Below, in pieces: positions 15,094 to 36,590 of a stretch of 64,000 nt of DNA. The first letter of the stretch is position 1; each line of letters opens with the position of its first letter. Origin of the DNA: the human T2T-CHM13v2.0 reference genome, Homo sapiens; the NCBI RefSeq assembly GCF_009914755.1, contig NC_060926.1; one strand, given 5' to 3'. Below the pieces are notes generated by a model. The model saw only the letters and a list, made by a program, of their open reading frames with translations, did no database searches and had not been told where the DNA came from. The position numbers were made by a program, and so were the translations under genes.

Positions 15094-16394
15094 TTAAAGG
15101 CACATTTGCAGAATAGTCTTATTTCCGTTTTCATGTTTGGACCTTAGCTAGATGGGGATGAGCTCATCATTACTCCTTGCTAGCCACACTGGATGGTGTC
15201 AGGCTTTCCTCTTGTTTTATTTTTTCCCTTCAGCTCTGATCCCCTCTGCCTGATAAGAACCCAATCTAATGTGCCTGAGAGGTATCCTCAATAAGTGTAT
15301 ATCCTTATAAGGCATGTAGTGCTGTTATATTACATTGGTTTTTAATTTACACAAATAATATTGTACTCTAGATCTTGTTAATTATTTGTTAACACTTTGC
15401 TTTTTAAGCTTTATCCTTGTACTTATATGTACAAGGTTTTTGGTTTTATGTTCACCGTATTTTATTACTCCCTTAGTGATGGACATCTAAGTTGTCCACT
15501 CCACAAACAACACTGTGATAAACATCCTTGTTTGGACCTTATTATGCACCCTGTAAACGTTTCTCTGGGGCAAGTGGGTCGAATGGATTTAATTTCACAA
15601 AGTACTGCCAGATTGTCCTCCAGAATGGCTGTATCAATTTACACTCCCACCAGTAATGCCTAACAGTTTTCTTTAAGCTCTTTTAAGAGAAGCAGACGTT
15701 TAGTTGATTGCTGTCACTTAATCATCATTATCTTAATCATTAGCATTTAATAAGCAGTGTACTTGGAACCTTACTAAGGGCGGAAGGGGCAGATGATATA
15801 CTCAAAATCAGGACACAGAAATAATTAAAACCAATACACACATCTGTCCCAGTAAATTGCTTTGTAACTTAGATTTACATACTTGTTTTTGAAAATGCAA
15901 CAGTATTTGCAGGATCATTTCAGGGGGAAAAAAGGTTTTCCGAAACAAAGGATAATTAAAACTTGTCTTTCAATAAAGCTAAAAATCAGATATTCAAATA
16001 ACAACTAGGCAAGAAATAGATATTTATATCACACTTTATTCATAAAGTACTAATAAAACTTCAAACATTTTTCCCCCAAGGTTATTACCTAGCAATGTTA
16101 TGGAGTTGTAATTTAACTTTTTAATGTGACCCTTAAGGGAGAGCATTTCATAAGTAGTATCTATCATCTAAAATAAAACAAAAAAATTTAGATTTAACTA
16201 AACTACAATCCCAAAATTATCAAATCAAATCACTGCAATACCGGGTAATGTGGTCATTATTTGGCCATTTATTGTCTCACATACTCAATAGAGACTGGAG
16301 GAAGACAATGAAGATTGAATGAGCACATAGCATTATCCCTATATGCAGGTCATTCTTTTAGTTAACATGCACAGACCATGGCTTTTAAAAATTA

Positions 16395-17040
<646 letters not shown>

Positions 17041-17645
17041 TAGAACTGTTTTGGTCAATGATTTTTGAGGAATAGTGTTTCATTCCACAGAGGTTTTTAG
17101 TTTAGCATCTATTAAAACCCAGTCTTTTTTATTTTTAATTGCATGCATGGTTTATCTATTTGTAAAACCAAAACCTTTTGTTATAGTGTACATTTGATTT
17201 AGAACCTTATGCAATAAAGATTTAAAGCAACAGAAATCTCATTTCATGTTGAGAAAGCATGGTTAAGAACATATGTATACAATATTGATTGGTTACAAGA
17301 AGATTCATACCATGTAAAGTTTACACATATTTGGGTGATTAAACTAAAAGATTACCCCTAGGTATAATTCAATGAAGGCAAGTGTTTTTCATACACTTTT
17401 CTTGTCATTAGTAATTTAGCCTATGGTCTAGAGGTGCCTGCATAAGTATTGGAGGAAATCGTCACAATATTTGAAAAGTAAAAAATAGTTTATTACAACT
17501 CCAAGGATATTATTATTTGAGATTAGGACACAGTTTCTTCTATCAGTTTACCAGGCATTCCTCCTCTGGGACATCCTTTGGGGAGTAAAAAAGTTGCAAC
17601 ATACAGTTTATCTAAAATGAGATGAAAAGCAGAGATTCGGCTTAC

Positions 17646-17910
17646 CTGTGCTGTGTTTTGCTGAGGGACGTGGCACACAGTTGAAGAAACACCAAGCCAA
17701 ACAGTAGCCAACATCATCCTAATTCATTGTGGCACTGATTTCTGGGACAGCTGTAACCCACACTTCAACCAGGGATCCATTTAAAAACAGCATAGATTCA
17801 GATTTTTTTTTCAGTGTTGTACAGCCCAAATAATTTTTCCTTTTAAATTTTGTCTTTAATTAAGCTGGTCCTGCATGCACAAACCCTTTAGTTAGCTGCA
17901 AATAGACTGC
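17646..17910 (-). other. MAP3K19: MAP3K19 first exon (5' end approximate)
   Basis: Consensus donor CAG|gtaagc at 17646/17645; TE-free sequence immediately downstream (minus sense) of an X-box. Confidence 0.7.
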
Positions 17911-17912
17911 TT

Positions 17913-17939
17913 AGTTTACAGGTTGTCTCCTAGGCAACC
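17913..17939. promoter_or_regulatory. RFX X-box with adjacent forkhead-like site (MAP3K19 promoter)
   Basis: GGTTGTCT-CCT-AGGCAACC imperfect palindrome containing GTCTCCTAGGCAAC; AGTTTACA directly adjacent. Confidence 0.7.
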
Positions 17940-18811
17940 ATCCACTGTGCATTTAGCTTAGAGAATTGAAAGCAGGACAGTCTCATCCAGGAAGGAAAAC
18001 AAGTTTTGTATGCTCTTCCAAGTTGTTGCTTAAGTGCTTTAAAACTACCAAACCCCTATGTACTTCCATGGTTGGCACAATTACTGTGATCACCTGATGC
18101 ACTGAGACTTTCTCTAAGAGATCCATGCCTTTGTAATCCCCACAAGGTGCCAGAAGGGCCCCTTTCAAAGCTGCATATAGGTCACAGAGTGAGAATCCAA
18201 TCGATTACCACCAAACTGATTGCATTCTTAGACTCAGCCTTGAGAAAGCGCTAGCAGACAGAAATCCTTACATTACAACATACTTCTTCTCTAGATATGC
18301 TTGTGATATTCTGAAGCAAAAGCTTCAGTAAACAGACTGCATTTTTGTCTGAGTCCAGTGGTAATAAACCCAACTGCAAAAGACTTCAAATCATGGACTA
18401 TGAAAACATAATCATGAGGAAGTGGACACAGGGCACTCCATAAGGTCACCCGGCATTTGTGTGCTGCTAAATTCTTTTCTGCCACTTACCAAAGGATGCA
18501 GGGGTTTCTCTTCTAAGGTAGGGCGTAACATTATATATTCTCAACTGAATGGGGTACGATATTCTATCGCAATAACAACAGCTGACATTTATTGACTAGT
18601 TCCTACGTTAGTCCATAAAGGACATGATTAATGTCATTTAACCCTCATAACAACTCTATGGAGTTGAAACAATAAACAGCATCATTGCCACGTTACAGAA
18701 GATGACACTGAGGCTTAGAACTTTTGAGCTAATGAATGGTGGAGCTAGGGATTGAACCTAAGCGGCCTGGCCACAATGTTGCAATACTACCTTTACCATG
18801 CGCAAGCACGT

Positions 18812-18832
18812 ACACACACACACACACACACA

Positions 18833-18865
<33 letters not shown>
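18812..18865. repeat. Compound (CA)n(CT)n microsatellite
   Basis: Direct inspection. Confidence 0.97.
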
Positions 18866-18867
<2 letters not shown>

Positions 18868-19172
18868 TTAGTGGATGAAGACTTCAGGGTAAAAACCATT
18901 CAGAGATTGTTAGATCTACGTAAACTCCCTCATTACCAATTCAACTTCAAGCTGCTTGACACCAATTTAAGCACACACAGGCTATTACTCTGTTTTGCTT
19001 CCTATGCTCTACTTTGCTTCTACTCCCATCAAGGTGAGTACTCTCTCAGCCTAACAGAGGAAGGTGCAAGTACCGTAGTTTCTGACTTTTAGGATTTCTG
19101 CCAGGTTATCCTAGGGTTCCAGCTTGTCTGCAATCCATGAATCTTTAAATTGGCTTCTCAAAAAGTAATCCT

Positions 19173-20091
<919 letters not shown>

Positions 20092-20269
20092 TCATTTTGA
20101 GATAGAGTCATTCAAACCATTCTCTTTTTCAAGAAACTCAATGTTTAGAAATAGTGGAGGGATAGGCATACAAAACAAGGACAATATCAGGCTGCCCTAG
20201 GGCTGTGTCAAAAGCTCTAAGGAAGCATGGAAGGGGAGTGTCTGACTTCCTGGGTTGAGGGTGGGGGAT

Positions 20270-21004
20270 GTATGTTTGCCTAGGGCTGCTTGAACAAAAT
20301 GCCACAGACTGGAAGGCTTAAACAACAAAAATTTATTTGCTCACAGGGCTGGGCGCCGTGGTTCACACCTGTAATCCCAGCACTCTGGGAGGCCGAGGAG
20401 GGTTGATCACCTGAGGTCAGGAGTTTGAGACCAGTCTGGCCAATAAGGTGAAATGCTGTCTCTACTAAAAATACAAAAATTAGCTGGATGTGGTGGCACA
20501 TGCCTGTAATCCCAGCTACTCAGAAGGCTGAGGCTGGAAAATTGCTTGAATCTGGCAGGTGAACGTTGCAGTGAGCCAAGATCTCACCACTGCATTCCAG
20601 CCTGGGTGACAGAGCAAGACTCCATCTCAAAAAAATATTTTTTTATTTGCTCACAGCTCTGAAGACTAGAAGCCCACGACCAAGGTATCAGCAGGTTGGG
20701 TTTCTCCTGAGGCCTCTCTCCTTGGTTTGCAGGTGGCCACCTACTCTCTGTGTCCCCACATGGCCTTTCCTCTGTGTGTGCACATCCCTGGTGTCCTAAT
20801 CTCTTCTCATAAGGACACTAGTCAGATTGGATTAGGGCCCACTCTAGCGGCCTAATTTTAACTTAATCACCTCTTTAAACACCCTGTCCATAAATACAGT
20901 CACATTTTGAGGTACTAGGAGTTAGGGCTTCAACATATGAATTTTGAGTGAGAATCCAATCGATTACCACCAAACTGGTTGCAAATACAAATAAGCTCCT
21001 AACA
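20270..21004. mobile_element. MLT1 (MaLR) LTR interrupted by Alu 20348-20635
   Basis: ggcttaaacaacaaaaatttatt...cttcaacatatgaattttg motifs; Alu TSD atttgctcacag. Confidence 0.8.
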
Positions 21005-21677
21005 GGGGGCAGAGAAAGTCTTCACAGAAGAGCAAATATCCAAGCTGAAACTTGAAGGACAAATTTTACCAGGTAAACTATAGACACAAGGACATTGCAG
21101 ATTCTAAACGACAGCATGTCCAGAGGAAAGAGAAAGCACAGGATGTCGAAAACATTGTAGGTGCATGTTAAAAGAGGCTGTCTATTAAAAGAGAGTGGCA
21201 GACACAAAAGATGTGCTGCTCAGACCTCCCTTAAAGAAAGACTCACTGCCCAGCTGTAAGGCGTGTGGTTAGATGAACAGCCTACGGCTGTTGGGTTTAT
21301 CAGGTTTGTCTAACTGTTGAGCCAAGGACCTGCTATTCTTGGAGTGCTTCCTCCAGCCAAAAACTGAGCAAACAGTGATAGCCAAGGCCACTGTTTTCTT
21401 GGGGAGATCCTGGCCAATGATTGACGGAGCAAGGCAGTAGTACAAGGGGCTACGCATTTCCTGATGCATAATTTTTGCCCTAGCACTTCCAGTTGGACTT
21501 CAGAGACTTCGCCAGCTTGGAATTGTAGTGTCTGCTTTTTTAGAGCACCAGTCTGAAAAAAAAATAGTGAAAAAGCAAGCTGCAGAGTGGGAGAAGGTAT
21601 TTGCTACATATATAAACAATATAAAGCTCAGATGCAGAATATATATAAATAACTTGAAGGTGTTAAAATAAAGACAA

Positions 21678-22278
<601 letters not shown>

Positions 22279-22771
22279 TCAGGACAATCAACTGAGCAAC
22301 TTCTTGCAGGGTCAGGGGCAGAGGGTAGAAGTGGTATTACAGCACCTAGTTTATTGCCTTACAATCAATAAATAGAGGGTGAATGAAAAGAAACCCAATA
22401 GTTAAAGTGTAAGCTAATTGGTACTAACTACAAATATGGGTTGAATGAAAACAAACCCAACATGCTTTAGGTTTTTTAATACAATCTTATCCACATGAGT
22501 TTAGGGTCTTGTCCTATCACCTTGGCTTCTGTTCCCTTTCTGTATTCATCACAGGAAATTTTCAAGTTTTATGAAACCAGCTAGAGCGGAGTTTTATTAA
22601 CCAGCTGAGGGCGGACTAAAGACTTAACAGACCTGGGCGAAGAAGCAGCACTCCTACTTACTAGGGCAAGACTCATGAACAGGGGGCGGGGGCTCCGGGG
22701 GCGGGGACGCGCCCCGTTCTCTTTCGCTCTTCTTCCCGGCAGCCTTAGCGCCAGGCCCGGCGCTCCTCAAG

Positions 22772-22789
22772 ATGGCTGCCGACAGTGAG
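22772..22789 (+). CDS. RAB3GAP1: RAB3GAP1 coding exon 1 (MAADSE), Rab3 GTPase-activating protein catalytic subunit
   Basis: aagATGG Kozak context; donor GAG|gtgatt; matches the known protein N-terminus. Confidence 0.96.
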
Positions 22790-22893
22790 GTGATTTCTTT
22801 GCTCCCTACTTAATCCTTGTCACTATCTAAATTCGTTCCTCATGTCTTCGCCTTGGGGCTTAATTTCTTTTTCTCTCCTTCCCCTTCCCGCAG

Positions 22894-22949
22894 CCCGAAT
22901 CCGAGGTATTTGAGATCACGGACTTCACCACTGCCTCGGAATGGGAAAG
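22894..22949 (+). CDS. RAB3GAP1: RAB3GAP1 exon 2 (PESEVFEITDFTTASEWE-R)
   Basis: Polypyrimidine tract plus cag| acceptor; donor AAG|gtgagt; in frame. Confidence 0.97.
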
Positions 22950-23449
22950 GTGAGTGAATCGCATTTTTGGTTACCAGCTCCCATGGGCCCTGGCGTCCCC
23001 TAGCCGCTTCCCTGACCCCAGACACACCACAAGTGACGCCACTTGTGCGGGAACGGTAATACCGTGGGTCCCGGGTCTCCTCCCCCAGTCTTCTTTGGTC
23101 AACCGCAAGCCTCTTCCGCGTCTCGCGTCTGGCAACACCCGGCCCGCCCCCGTCAGCCAATCCCTGAGGCTCAGGCTCTCAGAAAGTTTTGTTTTCTCTC
23201 CTGTCAGACCGCTTCCCTTAGACTTTGGTTTTCTGGTTGTTACCCACTCGCAAGAAAAATTTCCGAGGCTGCAACAACCGTTCCGGTTTTCATTACCGTT
23301 TAACTCATTATCGTAAGCAGTAAACTTGGTAGGTTGTGCCGCACCTCATCCCGTGTACGTTGGTATACCCTTTTCAGGAGGAAGTCTTTCTTCAGAGTAT
23401 TGGTAGTTGTCCATCTGTCACACTCCCACCATCTCCATGCTGTCTTTAA

Positions 23450-23722
23450 TTTTTTATTTTTATTTATTTTTGGAGACAGAGTCTCAGTCTGTCCGCCCAG
23501 GCCGGAGTGCAGTGGCGAGGTCATAGCTTACTGCGGCCTCGAACTCCTAGGCTCAAGTGAAGCTCCCGCTTTAGCCTCGGGAGGAGCTGGGACCACAGGC
23601 ACGCGCTATTACGCCCAACTAATTTTTTAAAGATCTCGCTGTGTTGCCCAGGCTAGTCTTGAACTCCTGGGCTCAAGCCTGGGCCGCCCAAAGTGCTGAG
23701 ATTACAGGCGTGAGCCTCCGCC
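23450..23722 (-). mobile_element. AluJ at the CpG-island edge
   Basis: Antisense Alu with J-type features and many retained CpGs. Confidence 0.8.
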
Positions 23723-24599
23723 CATCCTGTCTTTTAGAATAACCTTTTTAAAAAGTCTGCATATGGTTTTGGAATGCTTTGATTTAAGTTGTTACATTAA
23801 AGTGGGTACTGTGCCCAGGCTTCCTGTGCCTGTCAAATTCAGATGAACAGCTGTCTGGGTGAAACTGTTCTATTACTGAAATTAGTTGAAAGCCAAGTTT
23901 GTGGAGGAGTGATAGCTTAGATCGAGAAGGTTTCTGTTAAGTGTCACAGAAACCCTTCAGTTTCCTGGGTGTTGAAGTCAGTGTTTACGCTGTTACAGCA
24001 TTTTATAATCTTTCTGGTTGGGAGAGGAAATTTGTGGATGTCGTGTCATTAGGTGGCACAGGAAAATATAAAAGGTCCTTGTTGGAATAATAGTTAGACC
24101 TGTGGTACCCTTCATAAAAGTGTCAGTAAGACATAACCACACTGGCAAGACTTCATTGAGTAGGTACTGGGTGTCCAGAGCTATATACAAAGGGAAAAGC
24201 AGAAACTTGACCCATATATTTTTAAAAAACAACAAACAGCAAATAGTTAAAATGTAAGCCAGTTGGTACTACCTGTAAAAATAATAATTAAAATAATTAT
24301 TATTTAAATAGGGGTGATATTGTGGACTACAATAGTTGGAGATATTTTCATAGAAAAGATAGGAAATGAGCTGGGCCTTGAAAGTGGGAAGTGGTTGGTT
24401 AAACATGAGAATGGACTGACATGGGTAGAGACATAGGTGAGAATGAATCTTTGAAGGGACTGAATGAAGAAATATATCTTCACTAGAGTGAAGACTGTCT
24501 ATTGAAGGGAAATAAATAAGGTTAACAAGGAAGACGGGATTGGGTTATGGACATCTTCCCAAACTAAATACAGGAATCCAGATTCAGTATTCCTATGAC

Positions 24600-24769
24600 C
24601 AGTGATTCTCATACTTTAATGTACATCAGAGTCTTAGATTGCTGGGCCCCATCCTCAGAGTTTCTGATTCTGTAGGTCTGAGGTGGGACTGAAAATTTTG
24701 CTTGTGTAACACGGTCTCAGGTAATTCAGATGCTGCTGGTCAGGAGACCACACTTAGAAAGAACCACTG
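24600..24769. mobile_element. MER5A-like hAT-Charlie MITE
   Basis: cagtgattctca...gaaccactg terminal inverted repeats; internal gattgctgggcccca motif. Confidence 0.75.
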
Positions 24770-25859
24770 CTTAAGACAATAGTGAGAGACCCTTCGTTTT
24801 AGAGTGGCCAGGTGATATGATGAAAGTGGTTTTAGGACATGATGTAGAATAATGGTGGGAGACTTAACTTGATTCATAATTAGGATGGTGATTTGTGGAC
24901 TGGAATACAAAGGGAACCTAGAAGGGAGGATTGTAACATATTTCAGAGAAGATTTAGGTAATAAACTTGATGATACGTTAAAAGTGGGAAAAATCAAATG
25001 TGAACTGTAGTTTTTTGCCTGTAAGAATGAATGTAAGGAAGTGTCAAAGTGAGAAGATTTGAACCTGTTGATTTTGAAATAATTTGATGTCTTGAAGGTA
25101 GTTAGAAAAATGTAATTCAAATCTTGGAGGGTGGGGTAGGGAAACATCAGTTTTGAATGGAAAAATGATCACTTTCCCCTAGTTAAAAATATCCTGAAGT
25201 GGAATATTAAGTCCTTTAGCTTTGCATATGGAAATAATTATTAACACCGTTATAAGAACTATTGCAAAGTAGAAAATTTGGTTTTTGGCTTTTACACTGT
25301 AGTGTGCATTTTACAATTCATGAGAGAAAATGTTAAGACTTTGAAGTCTCAAACCTTGAGTTTAATTTTAAATGAAAGATCTTGTGAGTACAATATGTTA
25401 TGAACTATATAGATAATTTATTGAGAGAACTGTATAGAAGCCCATAACTCTTTTTATCATTTGTTCATTGACAATATTTATTGAATCCCCATATGTCAAG
25501 CACAGTGCACATTACGGATTTAGGGATGTGGTGGTTAGTAAAACAGGTACGGTTTCTGCTTTTACTAAATGTGCAGTCTAGTGCATTACAGACACAAATC
25601 AAGTAATACAAGTCTGTAATTATGAGTTTATGTAAGAGCTAGAAAGGGAAAGAAACCTGGTCTTATAAGAGCCTATAACAGAGGGACCTAATATAGAATA
25701 AGGAATCAGGAAATGACCCTTCATTTCCTGAGAGCTTTTAAGGAAAAAATTACTTAGTTTTTCTAGTCAAATCTCAATACTTGTAGGATAAAGTCCAAGT
25801 CTCTTAGCTAGTACTGATAGAATTCATTATTCATACAATAAGTATTTTAAGACATTCCT

Positions 25860-26965
<1,106 letters not shown>

Positions 26966-28474
26966 CTTTGTATATTTTCTTTTGATTGACATGATTTTTA
27001 TTGGGTGCATATTAGTCCTCTGAGTGGATTAATTTACAAGTATTTCCTGCAGTTGGGCATTAAGGTAACTTCCAGTTTTTTTAGCTTCGTAAATATAGTA
27101 TACATTTCATGCAAATTTTTGCTTGCCTGTGGATATATTAAATTTTTCCTCTTTGGTAAACATGTAAACTTGTTTCTAGAGCACTGATTTTCAAACCTAG
27201 TAATTGTCATTTGACTGACCTCCCCCATGAATTAGTGTATGAATTGATACTGCATTTAATTTTAAAGAGGAATTAGTAAGAAGCCTCAGATGAATCATAG
27301 ATTTATTATTACTATCTTAAAACATAATTATTAGTTCATATTAGTTCATAATGTCACTGAAGGAAAAAATCTGTTGCCTTTCCATACAGTTTGACTAGAA
27401 TTAACTCTAGTACTCTAGCAGTACTTCCAGGTGTTTAGAGAGCAATGTTGCTGTTAGATTGCATCATACTTAGCTTATATAAGAAGTCAACTTAGAGTAA
27501 GAATAATTCTTCTGAAAATGTCTTTGACTGAGACTTGACAGTTTTCATTTACTGATGTTGAGCATGTTGCTACTCAAAATTCAGTTCTCTTTTTAATAGG
27601 CCTTCTTGACCATTGGATTTAAAGATTGGTGACTAGTTTTAAGACCTGTCACTTATACTTAAAGTTGACATATTTACTTGCAATTTCTTGTCAGCTGTCC
27701 ATTAAAACTTGTTTTAGTTTCATGAACCAAGTTACCAAATAATATTTTCTTTTTTTGTTGGGGGCTGGGGGGGTAAATCGGAATTCCTAATATATTTAAA
27801 GGAAAAGTTTATTTAAATAGGTCAGTTATTGTGGGTAGGAGAGAGATGATTGGTTTCATAATTTTATTTATTTATTTATTTTTGAGATGGAATCTCACTC
27901 TGTCGCCCAGGCTGGCGTGCAGTGGCGCGATGTCCGCTCACTGCAACGTCCGCTTCTATGTGATTTTTGTGCCTCAGCCTCCTGCGTAGCTGGGATTACA
28001 GATGTGTGCCACCACACCGGGCTAATTTTTTTTGTATTTGTGCTGGGCTGGTCTTGAACTCCCAACCTCAGGGTTAGGAATTCAAAGGGCTGGAATTACA
28101 GGCATGAGCCACTGCACCCAGCCCATAATTATCTTTAATAGTATCATTTTAGTCTGTCAGTTTTTATTTGTGCCCCAAATTTGTTTTATTCGTTTTATTA
28201 GAGATTCATCAATTCTTAATTTACATTTTATAGAAGGCAGAATGCTTTTGTTGGGTAAGCAATAGATATAAATGAATCAAAACCTAAGAATTCTTGAATG
28301 AAAGAAGATTATTTCTCTTACCCCATATCCATAAATTAAGCTAGCAATACTAAATGTACTGAGTCCTCTCTGGTCAAATTGTTAAAATATAAAAAATACC
28401 TTTTTAAAGAAATTACATAATAATAGGAAAAAAGGTGTGCTGTTGTATTTAGAAGCTTTCTCCCTACTTCCTAG

Positions 28475-28550
28475 GTTTATTTCCAAAGTTGAAGAAGTCT
28501 TGAATGACTGGAAACTGATTGGAAACTCTTTGGGAAAGCCACTCGAAAAG
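28475..28550 (+). CDS. RAB3GAP1: RAB3GAP1 exon 3 (FISKVEEVLNDWKLIGNSLGKPLEK)
   Basis: ttcctag| acceptor, AAG|gtcaga donor; phase 2 to 0, consistent with neighbouring exons. Confidence 0.97.
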
Positions 28551-30479
28551 GTCAGATCTATTTGCTGGTGTCTCTAAATGACTATTTACTTTGAAACCTC
28601 TATTTTCCAGCCCTTTGCTGCATTTGGCACATTTGAATTAAATGTTTTTTAAAGTTACGTATAATCTATAAACATCAAATAGCATTTGGAAGAATTTGGA
28701 TTTAAATCTGTGGCAAATGATATATGTAAGACATTTGTGAAATGTTTAATAAAGTTATATATATGTGTGTGTGTATATATATATATATAAAATGTCATTC
28801 TTTGTGAGTGATTCTTTGTGAGTGAAGTTTGCTTCTCTTTTGCCTTCTCCCTTGGAATGTTAAAACATGTTTTTAAAAGTTTTTTATTTGGTCAGAGAAA
28901 CATTGCAGTGACCATCTTCTTTGGTAGCATATTTTGCTTACTAATGAGGAAAATTCTAGTACTTACCATTGACTTACTGTAGTTAACAACTATTTCACTC
29001 AGTTTTTGTATTTTATAATATCACTAATAACATCCCCCTTCCCTTTTAAGCTTTTTAACTTATGGATGTTTTAAGGATTTTATTTAAGAATGAAAAAATT
29101 ACTCTTTGAAATTGAGGTAGAAATCAAATTCTAATCTAAAGTATTGGTAGTTTTATTCATAAACCACACCCCAAATGTTTACTGAAGAATGTACTCTGAG
29201 AACAAACCTGGATTCACTGTGAAGGGATCTAACAATTTGATTTTAAGTTTATGTAGATGCTTAGTTTGTTAGATAAATTCTTTTGAAATAAAATTTATGG
29301 TTGGTTTTATTACAACTCAATATTACTAACTCAGTGATAACTTATTAACTCAGTAATTATTAATTCAATAGTAATTTAATTATAATTTACCCTGTGTTAG
29401 GAACTTTGAGTTCTCAATATTTGCTAGGGGTTTTCAGCTTTGTGATGGTGATACTATCAAAAAAGAGACTGTCAAAATGCATTAGGAAGCCAGGCAACAT
29501 GGTGAGACCCTGTCTCTTAAGGAAAAAAAATCTCCTTATTTGTATCAATATGAACAGAAAAAGTAAGACCACATATAAAAAATACATCATTCAAAGACTC
29601 TTGGCAATATATACATTGATTTACTACACTACATGTGTGAATAAAGAAAATGTGACGCTTTCAAACACGGGTCATTCTACTCCACTTGAAACAAATACAT
29701 AACAATTGATATAGATGCCAATAAGATTAGAGGCAAAATAAGCTGGATATAGCTAGAATAGGAAATGATTTACACTACTAAGAAGAGAGCTAAACCGGGT
29801 ACTTATGAGCTCTGATATTCTTTCATTCTTTGATTTACATGTATTTACTGAGTACCTGCTATGTGCCTGATGTGAAGAAATTGTGAACAAGATAAGATCA
29901 GTGTTGCCATTGAACATAAATTCTAGTGAGGGTGATCAGTAAAGAAACATTAAAATTTTATTTTATTATTATTTTTTAAATTGATATATGATAGATGTAC
30001 ATATTTTGGGGTACATGTGATAATTTGATACATGCATATAATCAAATCAGGGTACTTGGGAACCCTTAAATATTTATCTTTATGCTAAGAACATGCAAGT
30101 TACTCTCTTTTAGCTATTTTGAAATGTACAGTCAATTAGTGTTAACTAAAGTCACTCTAAGGGTTAAAGTTTTAGATGCTAAATTCAGTTTTGGGATTTA
30201 AGTGGGTAGTTATTTAAAGTAGGTAGCATACTGCCAGGCATGTAGTAGAGGCTAATGAAGTCATAGCTCCAGTCTGTTTCTCCCTACTAGATAGTAGTAC
30301 ATAAATAAGATACAGAAAATATGGGCAGATTTCAAGGTGAGCTGTAACTATGATGAATATGAAGAAAGTGTAGAGGACAGGGATTGTTTGGTGTAGAAAA
30401 CAAAGTTTAGAGACTTCCTTTGAAGATTTTAACTTATATGAAGGACAGTGATTATTAATTTTCTCCTCCACTGAGGGGG

Positions 30480-35700
<5,221 letters not shown>

Positions 35701-35725
35701 TACACAGATTAGAGCCCCCTTAGAT

Positions 35726-36590
<865 letters not shown>

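Larger units (their letters stand above)
22600..23400 (+). promoter_or_regulatory. RAB3GAP1: RAB3GAP1 CpG-island promoter: GC boxes (22682-22706) and YY1-type CAAGATGGCTGCC over the start codon
   Basis: CpG-rich, TATA-less sequence around exons 1-2. Confidence 0.85.

Noticed and set aside
22840-23316. ORFs of 86-120 aa over the CpG island
   Set aside because: Expected from low stop-codon frequency in GC-rich DNA; the real coding parts are the short spliced exons.
27331-29360. Small tandem duplications (ttagttcata x2, attctttgtgagtg x2, taactcagt x2)
   Set aside because: Ordinary slippage duplications in AT-rich intron sequence.
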